Source of the DNA: Octopus vulgaris | Taxonomy: Eukaryota | Reading direction: 5' to 3' | DNA length: 64,000 bases | Assembly (NCBI GenBank): GCA_951406725.2 | Contig: OX597815.1 | Location: 101,122,001 to 101,186,000, forward strand | Part shown: positions 53,126 through 64,000 of the stretch, piece after piece | Numbering within the stretch: the stretch's first letter is position 1 | Layout of the letters: every line of letters begins with the position of its first letter | The notes under the pieces: generated by a model | What the model was told of the DNA's origin: nothing | The model's database searches: none | Seen by the model: only the letters and a program-made list of their open reading frames with translations | Program-made: the position numbers and the translations under genes

Positions 53126-53357
53126 TATATATACATATGTGTGTGTGTGTGTATATATATCGGAGAGGATTGGGCGAAACTACGTAGACATTTCAAACTC
53201 CGACTGCAGAAGCAATTGGCTGCGAATGATCCGTGTATCTTATTTTGTCCTGTTTGCCGTCTTGCATGTTGTGACGATTTCCGTTTGTTGTTTTTTTTAT
53301 CTTTGATTTACCCATGCAGCGATACGTACAATTTGATATATATGCATATATATATTT

Positions 53358-53502
53358 GGTAAGTAGCTTGCTTACCAGCCACACGGTTCCGGGTTCAGTC
53401 CCACTTTGTGGCACCTTTGGCAAGTGTCTTCTACTATATCCTCGGGCCGACCAAAGATCTGTGAGTGGATTTGGTAGATGAAACTGAAAGAAGCCCATCG
53501 TA

Positions 53503-53505
<3 letters not shown>
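53358..53505 (+). mobile_element. SINE family A, 5' half
   Basis: Matches 60910-61055. Confidence 0.85.
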
Positions 53506-53534
<29 letters not shown>

Positions 53535-53535
<1 letters not shown>

Positions 53536-54156
53536 CTATATCTATAAAACAGTCCTTGGGCGATAATTGTATGCACATTTTGTTTTGACGGTTAATGGCG
53601 ACCAAACCGAAGCTAGGATCGAGCTGAAAATTGGCAGGGAAACTAAATGCGTGGTGAGGATGAGACCCGCGATGGTTAAAATTCGTTGCTATGGCAAAAA
53701 GAGTGAAAATTCATCGTTTTAAAACGGACTTTGACAAGTGTTTATAGTTTCTCTCTTACGGTTATCACCCTTTCTTCTTCCATCTCTCTTCTTCCCTCCT
53801 CTTTATCTCTATAACGGCTTTTGACAGCTTCTACTCACTCTCTTTCCCTCTCCGTTTTCGCTGTCTCTCTATCTCTCTTCCTCCCCCAGCCCCTCTCTCT
53901 CTCTGTACGCCTTTCTGTATCTATAGAGAGAAAGCGTTGACAGCCGCAAGTGTGATTAATAGAGAGGAATAAAATAGTAAATAATTATATCGTATCGGAA
54001 ATATATTTCACCCTCTTGAAGTTTAAATATTCCCGCTACAGGGCTTTTACAACGGTGAATTATTATCGTCCACCACCACCGCATAATAATGATAACAGAT
54101 ATTATTAATCAGATATTTATTATGTTAATTTATATATATACATGTATATATATATG

Positions 54157-54222
<66 letters not shown>

Positions 54223-54307
54223 AAATGTATATATCGATATTTGAATATATGTGTGTGTGTGTATATATATATATATATAATGTGTATACGTATGTATACA
54301 TAATGCG

Positions 54308-54342
<35 letters not shown>

Positions 54343-54610
54343 ATAATGCGTATATATGTGCATATATATTTAATGCGTATGTAAATATATAATGTGTGCA
54401 TATGTGGTCGGACTGAGCTGAAAATTTGCACACCTACGTTAAAAGTGCTGGCGAGTTTGCAAAGCAATTTTGAGTTTGCTCATTTGAAATGCATGGCCTC
54501 CAGAGCAACATTCTTCATCTTTTAAAATGTGGCCCGCGTAGACCCGAATGAAACCGAGTTATAATACCGAAACAAGTAAAACAATAATAATCTATTTTAA
54601 TCCCGAGCAA
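53535..54610 (+). mobile_element. Possible non-autonomous Helitron-like remnant
   Basis: Starts TCTATATCTATAAAA, has gagctgaaaatt motifs at ~53620 and ~54415, ends cccgagcaa; terminal hairpin and CTAG not seen. Confidence 0.25.
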
Positions 54611-55202
54611 TATATATATGTATGTATGTATGTGTGTGTATACGTTTGTGTGTCTGTGTTTGTCCCACCAACATCGCTTGACAACCGAGGGTGGTGTGTT
54701 TACGTCCCCGTAACTTAACTGTTCAGTAAAAGAGACCGATAGAATAAGTACTAGGCTTACAAAGAATAAGTACATGCATACATATTACGTGCATGCATAT
54801 ATATATATACGTACATGCATACATATGTACGTACATACATACATGCATACATATACACGCACGCGCGCGCATTCACGGCCTTCCAATATTTGGAGGTGCC
54901 ATCATTCTAGGAAGGCATATCTTATGTTACAGGGAGAAGGGTGTTCAATATGTATTACATATAGGAAACAGTTATGATGTTCCATATTTTATAGAGCATA
55001 CACGAGTTTAAGTAAACTACTGTCATGATTATATAACAAACGTAGAAACAATATGTAATTTTGCAATTTATCTCTCAGTGTTCTGAAATAAATATATTCT
55101 ACTGAATACTAGAGTGAAATGTAGAATCCGATCTTTGATTACGCGTAGCGCTTCGCATATTTATTCGATATGCATGCATACATACATACATACATACATA
55201 CA

Positions 55203-55234
<32 letters not shown>

Positions 55235-55245
55235 CCTAAGAAGAT

Positions 55246-55513
55246 AAAGAGAGAATAGGAAGCTTCAGATAATGCGGTAATTTTTTATAAAACCATTATA
55301 TTTCAGGCACAGAAAAACAGTCGGGGAAATATCCAGCTATGTAGATTCCGTTAACCCATTCAAAATGCAAGAGGATTTGAATGGGTTAACAGAAGCTGCG
55401 TAACTAGATATTTCACAGACTGTTTTTTTCTCTGAAGATGGGCCTTTGCACCTGAAATATAAAGGTTTTTAAAAACTTTCCGCATTGTCTGAAGCTTTCT
55501 ATTTCCTCTCTTT
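55246..55513. repeat. ~270 bp imperfect fold-back hairpin
   Basis: Inner arms gttaacccattcaaa (55350-55364) / tttgaatgggttaac (55376-55390); outer arms aagcttcagataatgcgg / ccgcattgtctgaagctt. Confidence 0.85.
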
Positions 55514-55579
55514 TTTGCCGTCTTCGATATCACAATACTTCTAATGAACTACATCGCTCTTATACTTATATTTATACAT

Positions 55580-55968
55580 TACTCTTTACTTGTTTCAGTC
55601 ATATGACTGCGGCCATGTTGGAGTACCGCCTTTAATCGAGCAAATCGACCCCAGGGCTTATTCTTTGTAAGCTTAATATTTATTCTATCGGTCTCGCTTG
55701 CCGGACCGCTAAGTGACAGGGACGTAAACACACCACCATCGGTTGTCAAGCGATGTTGGGGGGACAAACACACAGACACAAACACATACACACATATATA
55801 TATACATATACATATATACGACGGGCTTCTTTCAGTTTCCGCCTACCAAATCCACTCACAAGGCTTTGGTCAGCCCGAGGCTAAAATAGAAGATATTTGC
55901 CCAAGGTACCACACAGTGGGACTGAACCCGGAACCATGTGGCTGGTAAGCAAGCTACTTACCACACAG
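55580..55968 (-). mobile_element. SINE family A
   Basis: Reverse complement of 60903-61296. Confidence 0.9.
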
Positions 55969-56065
55969 TCAACACATATACGTTCATATATGTATATATG
56001 TATGTATGTATGTATATATGTATGTTTGTATGTATATATGTATGTATGCATGTATATATCTATCT

Positions 56066-56100
<35 letters not shown>

Positions 56101-56212
56101 TAAAATTGGACAAAGTAGAAAATGTTAATTATGTATATAGTATATAACACACGTGCGCGTGCACACACACACACACAAACACACATAAACACACACTCGT
56201 ACACATATGTGT

Positions 56213-57090
56213 ACAGGGAATGTGGGCTAAATTTTACAGTTTGTTAAAAAGGAAAAGAAAACGTAATATCCCATCTAAAAATTAGTGTTTTAAAAAGTTA
56301 AAAAATAGCAAGTAAATTATAGCTGGGGGATAACAGTTTATTCAAAGTAGCCACCATCAGTTTCCCCCACGACCTCAAGACGGGTTCATAAACTGACATA
56401 TGCGTTCCTCACTGTGTCCATGGGAAGATCTTCCAACATTTACTTGATCGTGGCGTCTTTGGTGTTGCAGGTAGAGTTGTTAGTGTTTTTCTGAACCATA
56501 CCCGACACAGAGTAATTCATGGGATTACAATCGGGGGAATTAGGTCGGACACTGGGACTGGTGAAGTAGAAAAAGTTCTCTGCTGACTCTTTCCGGAGGT
56601 ATAACCAGCCGCCGAATCTTGCTGCTACACATTTTGCCTTCCATAGTTTTCCATAGCCTCCATTAGATTCACATAATCGTCTGAATTGAGCCTAAGGCCT
56701 TTGATAAAAGATGTGGGGAAGCGTGACGTCACCCTCACTTGAGGCACACCCATAGATCAACACAGTTTGAGTTAACTTGGTTTTTATCATATGCGGTATG
56801 TCATATGGATTGAAGGTAAGCCACCTGTTGATCTGTTGATTGAAGGTAAGCCACCTGTGTTGTGCAACTGGTCTTAGTAGAAGTTCTTTTCATCTAAGAA
56901 GAACCAAATCATCTCCTGCTCAACAGGATGCCTCAGCTTGTTCAGGAGCTTCTTTGCATTCGATAAGCGGTTCTCCTTGGCCTTGGCTGTTAGAATTTGT
57001 CTCTCGCACCTCTTGTGAAAACTACGTGACAATCTTTGATCTTAGTTTCGCTGTACAAAGGCTGACCTGGCATTAAACAACATCAGTTGT
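56213..57090 (-). mobile_element. Tc1/maT-like remnant, second copy
   Basis: Similar to 31432-32060; minus-strand PNSPDCNPM, LEVVGETDGGYFE*. Confidence 0.65.
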
Positions 57091-57104
57091 ATAGGGTGAC
57101 ATAT

Positions 57105-58460
57105 ATTCACGTGGGTTTAATTTAGCACGTGATTTTTATTCTTGATTTACGAAAATATAGAATTCAAGTTAACCTGCCCAAGTCATTAAAATATCTTAAA
57201 CACTTTAAAATATTTAAATCACGTTAAGATATCTAATTCATAGTATCTAAGTCACGTTATTTGAATCATGTCAGGATATCTAATTCGCGTTATGCAAATT
57301 ACGTTAATATAACTAAATCACGTTATTCAAAATCACCTTAAGATAACCTAACTGTATTATCTAATTTACGTCATGTAACTCACGTTATTTAAATCCCATT
57401 AAGATACATAATTCACGTTATCTGCATCACATTAAGATATCTTAACTATCTTTAGACCACATAAATATTTCTAAGTTTCACGTTATGTAAACTACATTAT
57501 TTAATTCACGTAAATTACTCACATATTTTAAATCATGCTAAGATCTGATCTATTTTATCTAAATAACGTTAAATTATCCAATTAGTGCGTGTGTTTATCT
57601 GGCAAGAAAAAAAATGACCATCCTGAAATATAACAATATCTAATTATCGTTCTGTATCTCACATTAAGGTAAAAAATTCACATTACGCGTATTGCGTTAA
57701 GATATCTAATTCCCGTTAATTTATTACTTCATGCTATCTAAATGATGTTAAAATATCCAATACATGTTCTCTGTAATTCATTAAGATATCCACCTCACTT
57801 TATATATATAAAGCATGTTAAAATATCTAATTCACAATAACTAGAATCATGTTTAAATAGTTAACTCACATTATCTGAATCGTGTTAAGGTATCTAAATC
57901 ACGTTACGGTATCTAATTATCATTATCTAAATGATGTCTAGCTGTCTGAACCACGCCTTATTTACGATGTTAAGACATCTAACTCATGTTATCTAAATCC
58001 TGTTTACATATAGCATTCATATCTAAATTCCGTTAAGGTACCCAAATCAGGTTAAAATATATTGAATCAAGTTACATTACCTAAATTATGTTAACTTAAA
58101 TTATGATATCACTTGCTTTATGAAAATCACGCTAACTTCCCCATTACCTAATCTGATAACGCGATGTCTATCTTATGTTATCAGTATTATATTCAAGATA
58201 TTTGATTGAAGTCAATATACTTAAACCCTGTTAAATATCTAACTTAAGTAAACTCACTTTAAGGTTCATAATTCACGTCAAAATGGTTAATCCATGTTAT
58301 GATATAAATCTCGTTAAGATTTCAAACATTAAGATACCTGACTCACGCTAAAGTATCTTAAATTACATAGAGTTGTCTAAATTACGTTATCTAATTCAAG
58401 TTAATATATCTAAGAAATCAAGATATCTTAAATCAGCAGGATATCTAATTTACTTAGATT
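57105..58460. repeat. Degenerate tandem array of ATCTAATTCACGTT(AAGAT) units
   Basis: Dozens of diverged 14 nt and 19 nt units, often alternating. Confidence 0.85.
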
Positions 58461-59969
58461 AGTAAAGTGAAATGATAAATAGAAAGTGTTTAATACGATT
58501 AAGTGTTTAGGAGTGACTTGGCATTGAATTTATAGATTAAGAAACTCAAGATTAATAGATATTGTACAGGTTTTGTTTCTTTACTAAGGGCTGATAATGC
58601 ATTGTGTGGGTGAATGAAATACAAAATATGAGTGGGTGTAAGTGTGTGAGTGTAGAGAAAGAAGATAATGTAAAGATGAGAGAGAAAGAGATGAAACGAT
58701 AACGTTTTATCAGATAATGTCTGATAGAACGTTATTGGAAAATGAAACGTTATGAGTGAAAAGAGAGGGTAGTCAATTGAATGGAATGACTAATGAGAAG
58801 ATAATAAGGACAGAAAAAATGATATATGATAGAGATAGAGATTAAGGATACAGAAAAAATAGAGATGCTGGGAAAGAGAAGCGACAATGAGACTGAACAA
58901 AGAATGGATAAAAGAGAGAGAGAGAGAATCACCGATTCAGAGAGAGAGAGTCGCCGATTCAGAGAGAGATAAAGAGACAGACATCAGAGATAGAAGAGAG
59001 AGATAGAGAGAGAGAGGGATAGAAAAGTTAGAGTGAGGAAGAAATAGGGGAGAGGAGAGTAAGAGAGAGATGGGGAGAAAGAGAGAGAGAGAGAGAGAAA
59101 AAAACTAGGTAAACAGCGAGAAATATTAACCTCAAGCAATAAACGTTGTTTTTTAAAATGTGTGATTTAACTCGATGCAGCTTCGTATCATTAATTGGTG
59201 TTTTATTTTTTTATGTAATTAGTGGGCGTGTTTTATGTAACTGGTGGGCGTGTCAAGAATATTTTCGTTGTGGGGAAAAAAGGAAACGTTGTTTGGGTGA
59301 CTGAAAATTTTGTGAGCATAGTTCTTGTTGTTATTGTCTAACCTCAAGTCGGACCTGGCGAAGCACACCTATAAAAAAAAAAAGGTAATCCAGCCGTGAT
59401 TATCTCACCTTTTGTATTTTAAACATTATGAACTTCGAGTGACATTATCCAGTTTGTCTGGAGGTCAAGTTTGCTTTTCAATCTTTCCAGGTCAAGTGCT
59501 GTGTTCGATTCTTTTCTCTCAGCTGTGTTCAAACCTCATTTGCAATGAGCTCTGCCACGTTTAAAGCGCCCAAGATTCACCGTATGTCAAGTTGGAACTC
59601 CTACCATTCCATCAGAAGAGAAAGATCCATGACCATATATGGATGGATGGCTCTTCTTCGTTCGACAATGAGAGGATTTAGTCGTTTGATCAACCAAACC
59701 AACACACAATTGGCTGAGTATTCCACAGAATCAGCATGACATTGTGTGTGACAAGGTTGCACCTTTCGAATTACGGGTATAATCCTAGTTGTCATCTACA
59801 CCGTTTTCGTGGACCTAGTAACCCTCCTATGAATCGATTGAAACCTATAGAAAATTACATTTGCCCCAGATGCCACGTTATGGGACTGAAATCAGGATAT
59901 CGTAGTTGTAAAACGAACTTCTTATCCATTCAGTTATACTGCACCTACAACATATATATACATATAAAC

Positions 59970-60109
<140 letters not shown>

Positions 60110-60111
60110 GT

Positions 60112-60447
60112 GAAGGCGCATGGCTCAGCGGTTAGGGCGTCGAGCTTACGATCGTGAGGTTGTGAGCTCGAATCCCGGACCGGGCTGCGTGTTATGTTCT
60201 TGAGCAAGGCACTTTATTTCACGTTGCTCCAGTTCACTCAGCTGTAGAAATGAGTTGCGACGTCACTGGTGCCAAGCTGTATCGACCTTTGTCTTTCCCT
60301 TGGATAACACTGGTGGCGTGGAGAGGGGAGGCTGGTATGCATGGGCGACTGCTGGTCTTCCATAAACAACCTTGCCCGGACTTGTGTCTAGGAGGGTAAC
60401 TTTCTAGGTGCAATCCCATGGTCATTCATGACCGAAGGGGGTCCTTC
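60112..60447 (+). mobile_element. SINE family B, full-length (tRNA head)
   Basis: TGGCTCAGCGG A-box, GAGCTCGAATCC B-box, ttgagcaaggcacttt central motif; body matches 3736-3995. Confidence 0.9.
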
Positions 60448-60519
60448 CTTCTATATATATACACACATACATACATACATATATATACACACACACACAC
60501 ATATATATATATATGTAAT

Positions 60520-60735
60520 AAGTCAAGGTAGAAAATGCTAAAATAATTTTAAACATGAAAAGCATTTTAGTACCGGTTTCAGTCATTGAGACTTTTTCAA
60601 CTCTAAGTTTAGAAAACAATTAAATTGTGAAAAATTTAAATGAAAAGTTAAAAAAAAATTTTTTTTTACGTAGTATTCAAATACAAGGGGCATTTTCCTT
60701 GTTACTGCCTGTCTCTGTCTCTCTCTTTTTACTCT

Positions 60736-60740
<5 letters not shown>
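60520..60740 (-). mobile_element. Solo terminal repeat of the Neptune-type PLE, with U3-A8 HHR at 60569-60602
   Basis: Reverse complement of 14270-14480; the HHR sequence is identical in both copies while the flanks have diverged. Confidence 0.85.
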
Positions 60741-60794
<54 letters not shown>

Positions 60795-60889
60795 AAGAAA
60801 AGAAATGGAGCAACAATTAATAATTAGAAGTTGATCATTGGTATTAAAATGTCATAGCTTAAGTGTAGTTAAAAAAATATCTATATCAT

Positions 60890-61298
60890 AGGCGCAGGAG
60901 TGGCTGTGTGGTAAGTAGCTTGCTTACCAACCACATGATTCCGGGTTCAGTCTCACTGCGTGGCACCTTGGGCAAGTGTCTTCTGCTATAGCCTCGGGTC
61001 GACCAATGCCTTGTGAGTGGATTTGGTAGACGGAAACTGAAAGAAGCCTGTTGTATATATGTATATATATGTATGTGTGTGTATATATTTGTGTGTGTAT
61101 ATGTTTGTGTTTGTCCCCCTAGCATTGCTTGACAACCGATGCTGGTGTGTTTACGTCCCCGTCACTTAGCGGTTCGGCAAAATAGACCGATAGAATAAGT
61201 ACTGGGCTTACAAAGAATAAGTCCCGGGGTCGATTTGCTCGACTAAAGGCGGTGCTCCAGCATGGCCGCAGTCAAATGACTGAAACAAGTAAAAGAGA
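60890..61298 (+). mobile_element. SINE family A, full-length reference copy
   Basis: ggcgcaggagTGGCTGTGTGG A-box, GGTTCAGTC B-box-like, ccttgggcaagtgtctt, internal (TA/TG) tract, tail ggtgctccagcatggccgcagtcaaatgactgaaac. Confidence 0.9.
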
Positions 61299-61841
61299 GC
61301 TGTTTTAGTTTGTTATTTTTGAAGTAAATTTGCATTTATCTCGTTCCGTCTAACAAACATCGTCAGAATGATTTAGAATTTAACGGAGGAATATAGACAG
61401 GAAAAAAAAAAAAAAAAGGAAAAATGAAAAATGTTCGTTAAGTCTTTAGGATTAGATTTTTGTGTCCTTTAAGGTTCTACGTCTGTGTACATTTCTTCAA
61501 TTAGATGAATGGAGCAAAACTTTCACACTGACTTTGTTGTCTAATTTTATTTAACACACACACACACACACACACACACGTTAAATAAAATGAGACAACA
61601 AAGCCAAGGCAGTATGAAGTTTCTAGGACATTTATGAAGAGAAAGGTAATCTTGCAGGTGTTTCGAGGATATGGGGAATATCCCTTCACCAGAGACGATA
61701 TGAGAGTTAAATAGAGGGAAACAGCAGAGTTCTAATATAAGAACTTATTTTGGAAAGGGAGAGATGTAGGTACTATAAAGAGAATTATGAGAATAAAAAT
61801 AAAAATATATGTTGGATGTTACAGTTGCATACACACACACA

Positions 61842-61889
<48 letters not shown>

Positions 61890-61913
61890 TATATATTTAT
61901 ATATATATATATA

Positions 61914-62113
61914 TATTATTGTGTCTGGGGAGAAGTCATTCTCTTTTAGTGCCTTATTATTTAACACACACACCGGATCGATTTCCACTCATTTACTTAT
62001 ATATTTTTTTGTAAAATGTTCGTTGTGTCTTGCAACTTTTTCAATAGTCATCGAACCGGTGTGTTAAATAATAAGGCCCTAAAAGAGAATGCATCTTCCC
62101 AGACACAATAAAA
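61914..62113. repeat. ~65 bp-arm inverted repeat with ~70 nt spacer
   Basis: ttattgtgtctggg..cattctcttttag..ccttattatttaacacac..accgg / ccggtgtgttaaataataagg..ctaaaagagaatg..cccagacacaataa. Confidence 0.85.
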
Positions 62114-62164
62114 TATGCTTCAACACACGAATTTACATAAAGAATCTTGCAAGCCAAATACAAA

Positions 62165-62200
<36 letters not shown>

Positions 62201-62261
62201 GCACACATATATACATACACACACACACACATATATATATATGTACTTATATATGTATATG

Positions 62262-62319
<58 letters not shown>

Positions 62320-62322
<3 letters not shown>

Positions 62323-62527
62323 CGCGTGTGTGTCGATGGCGATTTTCTTTCTCCGTCTTCCCTTCTTTGGACTTTTTCTATATTTCTGATGAAGAGCTTC
62401 GCTCGAAACGTGAAATCCTCTTTCTTTTCTTTCCTTTCCTTTCCTTTCCAGAGCGTCCAATAAAACAGTACTTGTTCCACGTCCTCGCGTTGTTGTTTTT
62501 TCTTGCTTGTTCATGTTTGGATTGACT

Positions 62528-62530
<3 letters not shown>
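62320..62530 (+). mobile_element. Solo Penelope-type terminal repeat with minimal HHR (62382-62416)
   Basis: attt-CTGATGA-a-gagc[ttc]gctc-GAAA-cg-TG-aaat; canonical core but GUG at the cleavage triplet. Confidence 0.75.
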
Positions 62531-62583
<53 letters not shown>

Positions 62584-62584
<1 letters not shown>

Positions 62585-63145
62585 GTTCGTTTCATCAATG
62601 CGGCTGCAGTCTCGCTGGGACACCACTGTGGTTTTGCACCGTTAGTTATGATTATCCTTCGGCTGATTTCCTCAGGCTGGTGTGGGGGTGTTCACAGCAC
62701 CACTCCTGTATGTGCTTTTGTTCCAGCGGTTGACTCATTTGGCGCATGCGGGTGTATGACTCCGCTGCTCTCGTCTGTACCTCATGCCGAGTCGTCGGTT
62801 CATCCAGTAATGTAGAGACGACGATGCCGAGTTCCTTTTTGAAGACGTCTACATCCACGTTATGTAGGTTTCTTAATTTTTGTGGCAGATCATTGAAGAG
62901 CTGTGGGCTTTTGAACCCTAGGCTATTGCAGTACCTCATCCTGAATTTAGATAGAGTGGATGGTACCTTTGGTACGTTACAATGACGTCCAGTTCTGGAA
63001 TTTGTATACCATTTAATGCCGAAATTAGGTACTAGCCTTCTAGAGTTTTCCATATGTAAATTATTACATATAAGTCGCGCCTTTGCTCCAGGGAGTAAAT
63101 TCGTAGTTTTTTCAGCCTCTCCCTGTATCTCATCAGCTACACTAA
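62584..63145 (-). mobile_element. CR1/Jockey-group LINE 3' end
   Basis: RERLKKLRIYSLEQRRDLYVIIYIWK, then after a frameshift LVPNFGI..SPQLFNDLP..LRNL..VFKKEL..DEP..RAAES. Confidence 0.8.
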
Positions 63146-63163
63146 TATATATGCACACATACA

Positions 63164-63295
63164 TATCAACCACATACACTTAACGTATATGCTTCCTTCT
63201 ATTTGGCTGTAGGCTGCGATTTGGTGTGAATATTCCCCACCTCGCCAAATTACAGTTTACCGGAAAATACACACGTTAAGTGTATGTGGTTGATA
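63164..63295. mobile_element. 132 bp MITE-like element with perfect 23 bp inverted termini
   Basis: tatcaaccacatacacttaacgt (63164-63186) / acgttaagtgtatgtggttgata (63273-63295), TA at both outer ends. Confidence 0.7.
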
Positions 63296-63319
63296 ATGTT
63301 TATTTGAGTGAATCTCTCT

Positions 63320-63411
<92 letters not shown>

Positions 63412-63412
<1 letters not shown>

Positions 63413-63558
63413 CGAGGACGTGGAACAAGTACTGTGTTACTGGACGCTCAGAAAAGGAAAGAAAAGAAAGAGGATTTCGCGTTTCGAGTGGAACGCTTCA
63501 TCAGAAATATAGAAAAAGTCCAAAGAAGGGAAGACGGAGAAAGAAAATCGTCGACACA

Positions 63559-63565
<7 letters not shown>
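63412..63565 (-). mobile_element. Solo Penelope-type terminal repeat with decayed HHR (63474-63508)
   Basis: Reverse complement of 62322-62488; attt-CTGATGA-agcgttccactc-GAAA-cgcg-aaat. Confidence 0.75.
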
Positions 63566-63606
<41 letters not shown>

Positions 63607-64000
63607 AACAATCTTACTTAGAAAGGGATGCGTGCGTTCTGTCATATAATAAATAAATAAATAAATAAAGTATATGCATATATACATACATATATGTACG
63701 TACCTACCTCTACATGTATATATACATGCATATATGGGTGCAGGACACCAAAACAACGTCGAACACAATGAGAAACGAAAACATAAACACAAAACCAAGG
63801 AAATGGACATTTTTTTAAAACAACGTAAAAATAGAGTACAGGACATACAAAACAAGGAAAATTCCCCTTCTTCAGTCGCCTTAATTTCATCTACTCCACG
63901 TTTCGAAGGTCAAGGCGATACATGTCTTCAATGAAATTTTCCTTCCCGCGGAAATCAAATTAAATAAAATTTAAGATTTTTTTGCGGAGGGGTAAAAATG

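Noticed and set aside
57105-58460. CRISPR-like array
   Set aside because: Units are degenerate and contiguous with no unique spacers, no cas genes, and the context is eukaryotic.
63855-63940. Permuted hammerhead (GAAAcgtg upstream of CTGAAGA on minus)
   Set aside because: Core pieces are present but the helices could not be paired consistently, and the element runs off the window end.

Overview
AT-rich, microsatellite-saturated animal DNA. The repeat repertoire (tRNA-headed SINEs with internal TA/TG tracts, RTE, CR1-like and R4/Dong LINEs, Penelope-like elements, mariners) looks like a cephalopod genome, probably Octopus; that is an inference. Almost every ORF in the track is either microsatellite translation or a decayed transposon. 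The only host-gene evidence is a pair of + strand exons (1613-1698 and 10304-~10400) that splice in phase and look like the 3' end of an unidentified gene. The main non-coding observations are: (i) about nine hammerhead-ribozyme (HHR) motifs tied to Penelope-like repeats, including a U3-A8 compensatory-core variant present twice and two with very long stem-II inserts; (ii) an R4/Dong LINE whose 3' tail abuts the 5' third of a tRNA-Gln gene; (iii) a head-to-tail stack of four different Dong-like 3' ends separated by (TAA)n; (iv) a ~1.5 kb near-perfect loopless palindrome of a mariner, which could be real or an assembly artefact; (v) a tandem tRNA-like cloverleaf sitting on a long extended stem; (vi) a 1.35 kb degenerate 14+19 bp satellite. 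All calls were made by eye; boundaries are approximate unless stated.
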